From NCBI RefSeq assembly GCF_009914755.1, contig NC_060931.1: DNA of 64,000 bases. One strand, 5' to 3'. The position numbers and the translations under genes were made by a program. Below are positions 1 through 13,155 of this stretch, piece after piece (position 1 is the stretch's first letter; the number at the start of each line of letters is the position of its first letter). This DNA comes from the human T2T-CHM13v2.0 reference genome, Homo sapiens. A model generated the notes under the pieces. It did no database searches. It was not told the DNA's origin and saw only the letters and a list, made by a program, of their open reading frames with translations.

Positions 1-1904
1 GGGGAACCAGCGTGAACTTCAACAGCAGGTGCTGGCATTAAAACTTGGTAGCCAGTTGCTCTTTTGGACAAAGGCTTTTTGAATTGACTGAATATTTTCT
101 ATAAAGAGACTGCTGTAAACCACTAGAGGCTGGTGGAATAGTCTCTTGAAAGCAAGATAAGCTACAGGAAATAAACAAAATTTTAGCTTTTGCACACTCC
201 AATTTGTGACAGTTAAATGGAGATGTTTCTGATCATGCTACTTCCTTCTATAAACTATTTTATCCACGATGTACGGAGAATAGAAAGACACAAGAAAAGG
301 GAGAAAATCTAGTGTGTTGTTAGAACTTTCATTTCTATGCTACTTCTTGGAAACAAATTGTGCATTTTTATAGCTGCAATCATCTTTTTCAGGTCTCTTA
401 GGTACCTAATAATTTACTGATATGTTTGGATAATCAATGTCCACTCACTTGGAAGAGTCATTGTAGGAAATGCTTGATACATAAGCATGCTCTCATGGTC
501 CTCTCCTGATTTCTATTACTTTAATTCTTCAAGTTCCTTTCCTGCTTCTAGTCTACCCACTGACTTTCTATATAATTCATTTTCATAATGATCATTTCAC
601 TGATAACATACCAATAATGAATCAAAATTCAAAAATGAAATAATAATTTCACTGATAACATACCAATCATAATCAAAATTAAATTGCACATAACACAATG
701 TGATGTGATCTCATTATTATGTTGAGTTAGCCCCCTAGATTTCTGCTAAAACTCAGTATTCAGCCAGGCACCATCCCATCACAGCCCTATCTTAGATGCA
801 GCTGGAAATAACTTCCTGCATGTGTGAGTGCCCTGCCTGTGTTCAATATTGTAAGGTGATGCATTCGCAGAATGACCAGCTGAGACCCAGATGCCTAAAA
901 TCCATGGGTCTGTGATATTACATCTGGCACAGTACACAATTCTATATTATTAGAAATGTCACACTTTTACCTTCCCCCAGTAACGGGATCTTAATGAAAA
1001 TGGAAATGGTTTCTTTACTTCAAAATCAGAGATAACATATAGTCAAATGAACTCGAGACATTCAATTGCTAGGGTACCCCTGGGTTTGCTTTCTATGTCT
1101 GACACTTCCAATGACAGTATCATAGATAAGACACAATAAATATTGTGGTATTTTTACGAATGCATGCAATCCTCTTGTGTTTTTCCAGGTATGCCCCACT
1201 GAGCCTGATTTCTCATATTAGCTCTATTTTGATATTATTTTAGACAAAAAATTTATTTTGCATGCCACCTGAAACAACCCAAAAGGCATGGATATACATT
1301 CACAGAAATTGATATAAACACGGGGTGACTTACGCCCTACTCATTTATTAGTTTTTATCATTCTAAAAAATATTAAAATTCTAAAAATATTGCCACTCTA
1401 ACAGCGGGCAATGGAAGGATGTCTTTTCATTTCTATTCTAGGCCCTTAGTCTAGCCCTTAGCAATAGTAAATGCACAATGTATTTTTGTTGAATGAAGGA
1501 ATGAGTTGGTAGGTGAATGGATGAAGAAAGGAAGGAATAAAATGTAATAACTAAAATGGAGAATAGGAACAACAAAAACTTTGTCATGTTGCGGTTGGAA
1601 ACGGGTATGAACAGGTCACAGAATAGCAAAATATTGTAGGTGCTCACTAAATATTATTTAACTTAGTAAAAAGATAGAGAATAAATTAGCAACTGACAAT
1701 GGCTAGAAATGTTTCTAATTACTAATAGGAAAGTAATATATTGATGTCTTGGCAAAATGTGATTTGCCTTGTATGGAATTATTCTTAATAGGAATTGATT
1801 TAAAATGTTCAAAAATGCTTTGGCATTAAAAGTTGTGTGGTCCTAGAAAAAACATACTAACATAGCTCCAGGAAGGAATTATAGATATAGATAAGTTAAT
1901 TGGG

Positions 1905-2050
1905 AGTTGGTCAGTTTAATTGAAAAACAGGAAATCTGTGTTCCAGTCTGGGTTATAACCATAAGTGCATTTGTGACATTGGGTAAATCACATGATCTTT
2001 CTGGAGTTCAGATTTCTTCCCTGAAAAATGAGGAAGATTTTGAATCATGT
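1905..2050 (+). mobile_element. MIR SINE fragment
   Basis: Core-like tgtgacattgggtaaatcacatgatctttctg...tttcttccctgaaaaatg. Confidence 0.6.
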
Positions 2051-2716
2051 TCCCTAAAACCCTGGAAGTTCTTTGGAAGGATGTCTGGAGCTATAGAAGC
2101 TCCATTTTTATGTTTTATAGATTTGGCTCCCAGGCAAGATTTGGTTGGAAGAAAGGGTAACTCTGGCTAAAAACACCCTGAGAACAGAATGGATCAGCCA
2201 TATGGCTCTCTAGATTTTACTGATCTAAATATTCACATTGTAGATTATTTGAGAATCCTTTTTGAATCTTCACTTCAGGGTGATTTTCAAAACGCTGAGT
2301 AAGTAGTAGGGCGTTAGCACCAAGCAACTGGAAAAGAAGGTGAGGAACTAGTACAAACCGAATGGAGATTGTCTCTGCCCTAGTGAGGGCTCGGGTCTTC
2401 CGAAGGGAATAGGAATATGACTTCTCTTTGTGATGGCATCCAGAATAGCTTTCACTATTGCTCCTGAGGGTGCTGATCTGTTCAAGATGCAACCCAAGGA
2501 AATTAACTGCCTGTCTGAATCATATTTGCCATTGTACTACACATCCATGGATAAGATTCAGCTTGGAGTAGTGGAAAAAACATCATGTTGCTAATCACAA
2601 AACCCTATGAGGTCAACTGTAGAAGTGAGATGAAATGAAATTTGTACAGAGGCCCTTTGGAAAAAATGCTGCCTTTACACAAACAAGTGATAGTATTATA
2701 TGAAATGCATGCTTAC

Positions 2717-2758
2717 CTCATTGTTGCAGAAGCAGTAGATGGTCGCAACAAAGAAGCC
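2717..2758 (-). CDS. CALCR: CALCR exon 13 (GFFVATIYCFCNNE), TM7
   Basis: 42 nt, ttttag|GGC acceptor, GAG|gtaagc donor, phase 0/0. Confidence 0.97.
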
Positions 2759-3997
2759 CTAAAAAGGGAAGGAAAAATACAGTTGAAGTTATTTTTGTGT
2801 GCATTATGTTGTTTAGTAAACAATATAATAGACTGCCCAGAGAAGGCCTGATGAAAAAAAAAAAAAGCAAGAAAAAGAATTATCTACCATTCATAGTCAG
2901 TGCTGCACTATAAGAATATTCCCTTAGAAATATATTTTTCTTGTTAGGATTCCATCGTTTGGCTAGAAGGACGGATTAATATTTTGCTAATCTAATTAAT
3001 ATTTTGCTCCCTTTAACATGGAGATTTATAGCAGCATATGCTGATTATGGTGAATTTGAAAAAAAAAAACTACACTTAGAAAATTTAAAAATGGAGACCT
3101 TGCAGAATTCAGTAGAGGGATCTTTTACAAGACAAGTGTCATAGTGGGAGGCTGTGGGTCTGTGTCCTATGTTGTCATGGTGAACTAGTGCAATACTGTA
3201 CCCACCGCCAAGTTCATCGCTCAGATAAGGACATGGACTAAGAAACTGCCTGAGTCCTGGTCACTGCTTGAAGATTTCTTGTGCCCAAGTTTTGATTATG
3301 GCTAAAAGAACAGTTTGAACTATTCAAACGATCCCTAAACTTTCTTTCTGGCCCTATTAATTTTGACCTCCTCCTCACATTAAGCCTAATATAGAAAATA
3401 AAACTATTTTGAAATTTGTAATAGAGACAGCAAAACTCTGGCCTAAGAGCCTGTGATAGAATTACTCCTGCCAAGGACTCCCACATCCTATCTTGCTATC
3501 CAAATACAGCATTATGCTTTCAATGGGGCTTTAGATCTGGGTAAAGGTGAATGGAACTAGGGCAGCCATTCTCCTATCCAGTGCGGCAGACACTGGACAG
3601 CCCAGGACAGCCCCTGAGAGCCCACTGCATTCTCTCTTACATGAGGGGAGGCCTGGATACAACTTCCCTTTATAGCACTGAACCGTCATGAATGGATTCC
3701 TAACATTCACCTGACAAATGGAGAGTGATAGAGCAGGAGGCATGGACAGCCTTGTGCAAATTCCTCATTACCCCAGAGCCAGCACTTATTTATAAAGGAA
3801 GATCTGACAATTTCTGTATCTATGACCAAGGAGAACATGCCTGGATGGGACCAGCTGAGGGCCCTGGGAATGACAGGAAAGCAGGCACAGAAAGAAACAG
3901 CAACAAAGAGCCTCAAAAAAACTGGTGTCCTTCAGAATTTTGGCTGGGCTTATTGAATTGGAGGCTTAAATGTTATGACATTGAAGATCATGGGCTT

Positions 3998-4412
<415 letters not shown>

Positions 4413-4416
4413 TTAC

Positions 4417-4635
4417 CTGGAAATGAATCAGAGAGTGCATCACGTAATCATATATCTTCCCAAGCATCTTGTTGGAAGGTCTCCAGGGAAAGACGACAAA
4501 CTGGATTCCCAGCAGGGGCACAAGGATCATGGTGGCCTTCACAGCCTTCAGGTACATGTGGGATTCCGCCTCATGGGTTTCCCTCATTTTGGTCACAAGC
4601 ACCCGGACAATGTTGAGCAAAAAGAAGAAATTGAC
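4417..4635 (-). CDS. CALCR: CALCR exon 12 ([13 protein letters not shown]...HSLIHFQ), TM5 to TM7
   Basis: 219 nt, ttgcag|GTC acceptor, CAG|gtaagg donor, PLLG motif. Confidence 0.98.
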
Positions 4636-4809
4636 CTGCAAATATACGGTGTTATGAGCAAATCATACAGAAAAGTATCACTTAAGAATATGCACTGTTC
4701 TCAATTCTTGTTTATCCAGTGTGAGCAACAAATGTTACCTACATAGAACATGAGAGTCTACCTGAGAGGTAGCACAATTGGCTCAGCATTTCTAGGGCTC
4801 TAGAGAAGT

Positions 4810-5420
4810 GGTTTAATTTTATCCCTCCAGCAGTATATAAAACAGTTCCAGTTGCTCATCACCCTTGCCAACACTTGGTATGAACACTCTTTTTAATATG
4901 AGCCTTTCTATGGCGGGGGTGGTGGAGGGGTGTAGTATTACCTCATTCTTGTTTTAATCTGCATTTTCCTGATGATACATGAGCTGAACACTTTTTCATA
5001 AATTTATTAGTCTTTATTTGGAACATTGCAGATACCTTCTTGGACTCTAAGTTTTGTCTTTTCAGTCTTTAAATGTTGTCTTCATTTTAATGTAGCTGAT
5101 TTATCAATCTCTTCCTTAAGTGCCTTTTGTATCCTGCTTTAGAAATCTTTCTGTATCTGAAGCTCATGAAGATACTCAACATAATGTGTCTTTTTGGGGG
5201 GCCTCTATTGTTTTGTCTTTTACATTTAAACCTCCAGTTCACTAAAAACACATTTTTTGGTGTCTGGTTGTGGAAGGAATCAGAATTTACTTTTTCCCCA
5301 CACATATGCAGTTGCTAAATACGTGTTTGATATTTTTTCTGTATGTATATCTTATTGACCATCTCCTTCCTCTGCCCAAAAGTGCTGCTGTCATAAATCA
5401 AGTGCCCATATTTGCACGGG
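4810..5420 (-). mobile_element. Old L1 (L1M-type) fragment
   Basis: Similarity to antisense L1 3' region (ccagcagtatat...gttccagttgct...ttgccaacacttgg, ttaatctgcattttcctgatg). Confidence 0.6.
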
Positions 5421-6522
5421 CAGCTCTTTCAAAATGAGAAAAATCAACTATTAAGGTATAAATGATTCACCTTGTTAATTGTTGAATCTTTTTTTTTTTA
5501 GTTTTGAAATGCACTAATGTGCATTTCCTTTAGTCATGAAATTAATAAGAATTCCAAATATATCAATTTCTGTTAATTTATGGTCATTCACAGTGAAGTA
5601 TGCATATACTCAACTCAGATACACATTTATAATTTGGATCCTAGAATCTGCATTTCCTTAAAAATTTCTAGATAATTAAGGCAAGAAATATGTATTTTAG
5701 AATTTTAAATATAGGAATAATTGCTAAAGTTTTTACTTCATTTTACTTTATTTATTATTTTATTAGGAGATATTTTATAATCGTGAATTTATGAGTAGCT
5801 ATTATTATTTTTGTTATTTTTAACAGATAAAGATATGGAGCAGTACTAAGTTTTAATGACCTAGAGTTAGAGATTATCTTCCAAAAGTACCTGAAAGATT
5901 ATTTAATCTAACTTTTCCCTTAAAAAAATCAGGGGACATTTTTAGGTTAATTGATTTATCTAAATTTTCAGAGCTGGTAGATGATAGAGCTAAGACATGA
6001 GGCCAAGTCTACTGAATCCTAGGTAAGTAAGAACTGTAGCATCCTCAGTAAGCATCTGACATTTGGCTGGGAGTCCACTATTTATTACTAACTCACTAAT
6101 TGAGCTTGTGTTGAATATTTGAATTTCTGGACCTTAAGTTCACAGAACCAAAGACTTTTAGAGCTCTGGAATGTCAAAGTTTTCAAAGACCCTAGATGTT
6201 CATAACACAAACAAACTTCTTGCAGCCCCTTGGCCTCTCACCTTTACCTAGGAGAATCTAGTTATAAAAATCTTAAAATATGAGCTACATTGCTATTATA
6301 GTGTGAGTCTGTAATGAAAATGAGCTCATGATAACCCCTCCATGTGTGAGTAAAAGGCGTTTTTTTGAAGAGTCTAAAATCAAATTGCTTTTTTTTACTA
6401 CAGAATACCATCAAATTAGCTTCATTTTGAAGTTATAAAACATATGATACATAGAACTATATACACAGAAATCTCAACTAAGAGATATACTACTAATATT
6501 GCAATAAAAAACTAATTCTCAC

Positions 6523-6589
6523 CACAAGTGCCGCCATGACAGGTCCATGGATTATGTAAAGCAAATGGGTTTCCACACTCAGCCAGCAG
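6523..6589 (-). CDS. CALCR: CALCR exon 11 ([22 protein letters not shown]), ECL2/TM5
   Basis: 67 nt, tttttcag|C acceptor, GTG|gtgaga donor. Confidence 0.98.
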
Positions 6590-6672
6590 CTGAAAAAGGG
6601 CAAGGGGACAATTAATACACAAATACATTTTGTTTATGAATATGTTAACTTAAACATCACCATAATACTTAC

Positions 6673-6733
6673 TTGTCATTGAAGTACACGGCCCTGGTAA
6701 TAGCATGGATAGTGGTTGGCACCAGCGGGAACC
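6673..6733 (-). CDS. CALCR: CALCR exon 10 (FPLVPTTIHAITRAVYFND), TM4/ECL2
   Basis: 61 nt, tttgtag|GG acceptor, CAA|gtaagt donor. Confidence 0.98.
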
Positions 6734-8995
6734 CTACAAATGTGAAAAGTACAAATCACACTTGGTTTCTTGGTCATAACCTTTAAGTACAGCTGCATGG
6801 ACAATGGTAGTGTACTTGCAAAAATACTGGCAAATTGAGTGCATCTGTCAAGATGTTCCCCTGATATTTTCACAAAAATCATCTTTGGTCAAGCCAGTCA
6901 AAATGCTCCCAGTTAGAACATCATGTGCTTCCTGAGAGTTTGGTTAAGAGCATCCAAATAATTAAAAGCCTTTTACAAATTGCTGAATGTAGCAGGTACA
7001 CTATGACTATTATTACCATTGTTATGTTTATAATGATGACTATTAACTGAGACCAGAAAGCCTTTCATTGTAGGTGAACTGGCCTCTCTTATGGAGAGGA
7101 GCTGGGTCACCCCGGAGGGATGTGACCTGGGACGGTGTATGAAAGCAATAGTCTGATTGCTCCTAAAGCCTTAGCTGATGTTCACATTCTTTCTTCTAGG
7201 CTCTTTTGTTTTTCTGTCTGTTTATATCTCATGCAGTGATTGTTTCCTTTTAATATGAATACTTCAGAGAAGCCAGTACATTCCCTACCTTCTGTAGGTT
7301 CTGGCTAGAGAAACTTTATGAAGGCAGCTTACTGTACCTCCTTGACTAAACTCAAAGTGCTAGTAAAAAAAAAAAAACTTTTTAATTTATAAACAGAAAA
7401 ATGGACACAGTTATTGCAATACGTCCTTCCAGATTATAATTTTTTAAATCAATTTTTATTCTGTAGTATAACCTAAAGTTGTAATTTTCATTAAAAAAGA
7501 AAAAATAAGTCTTTTTACTCAGATGTACAACAGTAGAATATTGTTTGATTTGATTGAGACATCTGTAGAAAGAGGTTTTGTTATTGTCATCAGATTAAGA
7601 AATGTGTCTTAGGAAAGAATTAAATCAATGCATTTTTATTTTCTGTGAGTTATATACAAAAAGGGGTCTCAAAATATTGAATTTTCACCTAAGAACAACC
7701 TCAGCTTTTAAACCCAGGAAGCATATTTTCAATAGGACCACAGATTTAATGTTTGGCCTGAAATAATTTTGAGTTTGCTTATACAAAACATGATTGTGTT
7801 ATTCACAGCAGTTCTAACATACCATTTTCCCACTTGGGCTCAGAAAGAGAAACAAAGTCTCTGGATTTATTTTGAGATGGATATTTTAGAATTAGAGAGA
7901 AAGAGAAGTATATGGAAAACTGAATCCCACCTCATCATTTTGTAGAAAGGAAAGTGCTTTCTACTTCATCTGGAGACGAGTATAGACCCCACACCTTTTA
8001 ACGCCCAGGGCTCTTTGCCTTCTTCTAGCTATGATGCCTCCTTTTAGGTAGTTTGCTTTTTCTGTTTTTTTTTCTTTTTTCTTTCTCTCTCCCCAAGGTC
8101 CCAAGATCCACAACAACCCATTCTTCCCACCAAAGATGATGAGATTCAGAATAATCCTGTCTGTGTAGGATTCATTTTTTAAGAGGGATTTAATAAATTC
8201 TATTTGTTCAATATAGAAGTCCATGGGGGAAATTTCCTTCCTTTGATTTCTAACAAGGGGAAAACCAGCAAGGCAAGGCAAAGAAACAGTCTGGAGAGGG
8301 CTGCAAAATAAGTGATCTTCCTGAGAACTAAACTTCAGTATTTGAAGTTACTTCAATTGGAGAGAAATCGACTACTAAGTGGTGCCATGCAGACTTGGAA
8401 GGGAATAACTACTGAAAGAACCATTCTTTGATTTTCTGTTGGGGAGAATTTCACCACCAGATACTTGTTCACCCAGTGGCTAATGTTTACAATATCTCTT
8501 ATCATTCTTTGAGATTCATTTCAAATCCTAGAATTGGTAACATTATTCACAGCTGAATTAAATGAATGGGCTTTACGTCACCTGCAAACAAATTAGGTGC
8601 TATAATACAACTGGGCTTTTTTGGGCCATATTTTCTGCAGTCTAACTTTCAAGAATCTTTTAAAAGTATGTAGGTTTTGCTTCTTTTCTGGCATTGTAAA
8701 ATTTAGAACCTATCATACTGTCTTCATGTGAAAAAAATTTTCAAAGGACAATAAAAATATTATCCAGAAGAGACTTATTCTCTTGCCCCATTAAACTTTA
8801 TAAAGTTTCTGTGAAACTATTTTTTTCTTGAGAAATTAATTGGTATTAATTTCACCCATTTTCCTCCCATCCAAAGATAATGCTTGCTTAAAATTCTAAG
8901 AAAGGAGCCACTGCTTTAAAATATGTCAATTTTGTTCTCAGAGTTCAGATTTGGCAATGTGATTTTTCAGTGGTAATGAGTTTGGTGGAATTTTG

Positions 8996-9030
8996 GTGTG
9001 TGTGTGTCTGTGTGTGTGTGTGTGTGTGTG
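8996..9030 (+). repeat. (TG)n microsatellite, interrupted
   Basis: Seen directly. Confidence 0.95.
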
Positions 9031-9144
9031 CATGTAGAAAGATAGTCTTAGCTTTGGCATGCTAAAAACATTACATTTTAGAACTATTTGGTTGACTATC
9101 TTTCCAAAAGTCCATCTACGGAAGTGCAAATCCCTCTAGTTCTT

Positions 9145-9330
9145 TTTTTAATTTAAATTTTTATATTATTCTGGCAAGAACAATTAGCATCAGGTCTGCC
9201 CTCTAAACAGATTTTTAAGTGCATAGTACAAAATTGTTACCTATAGGCACAATGTTGTACAGCAGATACCTAAAATTTACTCATCTTGCATTACTTAATC
9301 TGTATAACCATTGATTAGCAACTCCCCGTT
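9145..9330 (-). mobile_element. L1MA/MB 3' end fragment
   Basis: ctataggcacaatgttgtacagcagat...actcatcttgcat motif. Confidence 0.7.
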
Positions 9331-9966
9331 CTGTGCTTACGTTACTAAGTGTAATGTTCTTTGGGATTCTACTTGAATCATTCGAATTGTTGTTGATTAC
9401 AGAAGCTTAAGGTATCACATAAACAATTTACTTATTATTATTGCCTTTGTTTTTGATACAGCTGAGCAGCTTGTTCCTTTTTTCCTTTGAATTGTTTATG
9501 TGTTTTAAGCAGATATCTTCATTGAGCTGTCTATGATGATGCCAAAAAGTTTTATAACTAATTCACAATGCATCAGTATACTCCAAGAGCAGTATAAATT
9601 GTTCCTTCCAGGGTGCCCTTGTCTCTGCTGAATGTCACCGACAAGAATACATTTACAGCCTTTTTTTCCCATGAAAAATTTTCTGAGTATGGCAGATAGA
9701 TGTTTTGAACAATCAAAACTGGTAAAAGAAATATACCACAGATTTTATTTCAAAGGAAATAAATCTGGCAGAAAGTATGTGTGTGTTTGTGTGTGTGTTT
9801 GGGGTGGAATGTTATTTTCAGGTCTTTGACTGGAAGGCATTTGATCAACACCAATTATTATGATTGTGATGATCAGAATTGCCATTGCAGTGATTAAATT
9901 GTATCCAGTCTATTCTTAGCATGACCAGATTTGGAAATCTAGAAATTGTTGAGAGGGTGTACATAT

Positions 9967-10016
9967 GGATGAGAAGGCCAGGGAAAGGAAAGATTAGTCT
10001 CTGTGGAAGGCTGGGG
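9967..10016 (-). CDS. CALCR: CALCR alternative 50-nt stop-containing exon (APAFHRD*); donor reads AT in this sequence
   Basis: Very strong acceptor (long T run then ctcttttag); in-frame stop gives exactly 274 aa (290 with the ICL1 insert), the sizes I recall for the H-CTR6/H-CTR5 isoforms. Confidence 0.75.
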
Positions 10017-10429
10017 CTAAAAGAGAAAAAAAAAATAGTAAAAGACCATTTTGAGTAAATTTTGACCTGTTTTAGGACAGGAAAGAGCAGGAGAACCTGT
10101 TACCTGATGTGGAACCAGCAGGATAGTGATAGCCTGATTTCTAACCTCACTGGATGGTTAAGGAAACAGGGTGCAGCGCTGCTCTCCTTATAAGGGAGCA
10201 GCCATGCAGATGAGGTGATCTGGTGAATATCCTAGACAGCCTGTACAGTTCACAAAGACCCCTTTCTCAGTCCTTTGCTGGAGGGTTCACAATCACTAGA
10301 CATGTTCACACTATGTGACAACATCCCCCTCAATTTTCTTGGCCACAGTTTATTGAACCAGGGTAGGCTACCTGCCTTCAGTTGGATCAATCAGATTTTC
10401 TTGTCCTGCTATTCAGAATTGGAACTTAA

Positions 10430-10765
10430 AGATGGGCATTTAGTTTCTGTGAGTGCCTGGAACAGAAACATGTGTACTCAGGAAACTTTGGGGCAGGATG
10501 TATTTACTATGAAAACTGGAGGGAGCAGAGACCCTATGGTCTATGGCCTGTAAAGAAAGAGAAGGGTAAAAACAGATACGCAAGGAAAAACAAAGACAAA
10601 AGGCAGAGGGAGAGAGCTCCTGGCTTATCTGCTCCCAGGCTACAGCCCTTTTAGTTGCCTGGCTATATTTCTGCCCTTAGATTCCATGAGATACGCTAGA
10701 TTCTGACAACTTCTCTGTATTTGCTTAAGTTAGAACATCTTACTCTGTTGCTTGCAACCAAATAA
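10430..10765 (+). mobile_element. MLT1-type (MaLR) LTR remnant
   Basis: Typical 3' terminus tttgcttaagt...ctctgttgcttgcaaccaaa; 5' boundary uncertain. Confidence 0.55.
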
Positions 10766-12069
10766 TTGTAGCATCATCAATTCAATTTTGAGGCATCCCG
10801 CCTATCTGCCCCATTGACCCACCATTATCGGATTATCCCATTGGGCTTGGGCAATGCATTTGGTTAAAACCATGTACCCCTGTTATGTAAGGGTGTTATG
10901 GAAACCAGTATGGCATAACACCAGCCCCTTTCTGCAGTTTACAGACTGCAGGAAAGACTCTAGGCTGCTTATATGACTTCCCAAGCACATTTCTATAAAG
11001 TTGGCGACAATGCCTGTTGGGCAGGGCTTTAAATACAAAAGGTGATGTTTTTAAAAAATCCCTTGGATTGTCCTCCCTCCTCACTACACCTCTCCTCTCT
11101 TACCAGTACTTGTAGGGGCTCCCCAGCCTGCTGCATTAAAGGGCAAGCTTAGTTGAAGGCCATCCACAGCCTCTGCTCTCAGAGTCACAGTCACCCATCA
11201 TGTGGGGTGGATGTGGTGAGAGAAGCCCTTGGCTCTATAGTCAGTGAGGGATGGCCCACGAGTTCCTCCTCTGGTATGGAAGTTTCAAGGTAAGGCTGAA
11301 ACTTTTTTTTTGATAAGGCAGCATGTGTTTTTATCGCAGCATTTATTTTCTTTCATTGCCTCACCTTCTGTTCAGTTCCCTTCCACCAGGGGGAGCTGGA
11401 CTTTCAGCAGCCCTGGGGGAAAGGGAGCAATTCTAGAGCATCCCTGAAGGACTTCAGCACCCTGCCTTAGTTTGTACAGAAGCAGCCACAGCTTAAACAA
11501 TCCAGCCCTAAGCTTTCCCGAGCCAATGCCATGTGCTATGATGTCACACAGGCTCTACTTGGAAGCCCGTGTGGTTATATCTGCCTCTCAGCTGGACTCC
11601 ACTTCCTGAGCTTTCACTGGAGGAATCCTGATGATGGATTGACAGGAAGAAATGTTCTTGATGAAGGAAAATGAAGCCAGGGTAGGGGAGGTACATAATT
11701 CAAAATGTGAAATTCTCCTTTGCTCTACAAACATGTGATGAATAAAGCAGAAGGAGGCCTAATCAGATCTTCTCTCAATCAGGACACATTTTGTGTCCAT
11801 CATTAGCTAGGTTTGTTTCCTGAAGTTACCCTTTGGAAGTCACCCTTATCTTCCTTCTCTGTGCAGACCCTCATGTTCAGCACAGTTGAGATTGTTAAAG
11901 GGCTTCCACAGGTCTTTTGGAGACTGAACTCCTGCCAGTACCTGTGTTCCATCATTCCTTGAAGGACCTGGGACTTGACTCTATTCTCTGAGACCAAGAC
12001 TAGAAGAAGACTGAAAGCATACAGACAGAGGTGAAAGTGACTCAAAACTTAGCTGCAGAAAATACATAC

Positions 12070-12223
12070 CCCAGCCCAAGAGATAATACCACCGCAAGCG
12101 TTGCTTCTCAGTAAACACAGCCACGACAATGAGTGTATGAAGATAGATCCCTTCACAGAGCATCCAGAAATAGTTGCAGGCCATCATGTACTGGTGGAAA
12201 AAATGCAAAATCTTGCAGCTCAC
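12070..12223 (-). CDS. CALCR: CALCR exon 9 ([12 protein letters not shown]...WYYLLGW), TM3 to start of TM4
   Basis: 154 nt, gacag|GTG acceptor, GGG|gtatgt donor, NYFWMLCEG motif. Confidence 0.98.
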
Positions 12224-12939
12224 CTGTCAGAAAGAAAGGAAGATACTCAGAGAAAGACACAGGTAAAGATCTGCCAGGGAGCACAGAGCAAATGTGAAAA
12301 GAAGCCAAAGTATCTGCATTCAGCTTGCAAGGCAGTTTCCCAAGCATCTGTAAACATGTGCCACCTGCTATACCCACAAATCAGAGTGAATGCACAGATC
12401 ACTGCTATTACATGTAAATAGCCAAATAAGCCAGTGGAAAACTAGTCCACAAAATGTTCTTCCTTGTTGCATTCTGCGGACTTACACAGATGGGTTCATT
12501 TTCCTGCAATTTGTCAGACTCATAAGCTTAGGCACCATCTAAGGATTTGATGCATGACTTTTATGGCCCCTTTTCTATGGCCAGTGAAGCAAATAACGCA
12601 GATATTTTTAATGCTGCTTCTGAAATTCACTGATTTGTTGATGATGTTCCTTTAGCAGTAAAGAGGAGAGAGTCAGGTGATAAATTTCATATATAAACCC
12701 AGGAGATACGCTGAGCCTAGCTGCTGTTTATGCTTTTGTTTTCATATGGGAGCCTTGGTTTGTATATTGGGATCAAGCGCTCTCTGGGCACAGAGATTAG
12801 GATGACATCCTTGCTGAGAACTCAATGCAGACGTAGGAGCCACACCCTTGGAAGAGTCAGATTAATATTGTTGTCTGTATAGAAATAACCATTGCTTGTA
12901 CTGCATAATGGAATACTTTTATTTACTAGTCACTCCTGG

Positions 12940-13155
12940 AATAGGATTTTTCATCTTGGTACATTAGCATTTTGGAGTAGATTTTTGTTGTTGTTGCGGG
13001 GGCTGCCTTGTATGTTGTTGGGAGTTTAGCAGTATAACTAATTTCTATCCACTAGATGTTAGTGGCATCTCCCACACACTCTTGACAATCAAAAATGTCT
13101 CCAGATGTTGCCCAGTCTTCCCTGGGGAGCAAAATGTCCCCAGTTGAGGATGCGT
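12940..13155 (+). mobile_element. MER20 (hAT-Charlie) DNA transposon
   Basis: tttagcag...ccactagatg...caaaaatgtctccagatgttgccca...cagttgag motifs. Confidence 0.85.

Noticed and set aside
9889-9938. Alternative 50-nt candidate (DFQIWSC*) that also ends at residue 274
   Set aside because: Weaker acceptor and only a poor GC donor (CT|GCAATG); the 10016 acceptor is much stronger
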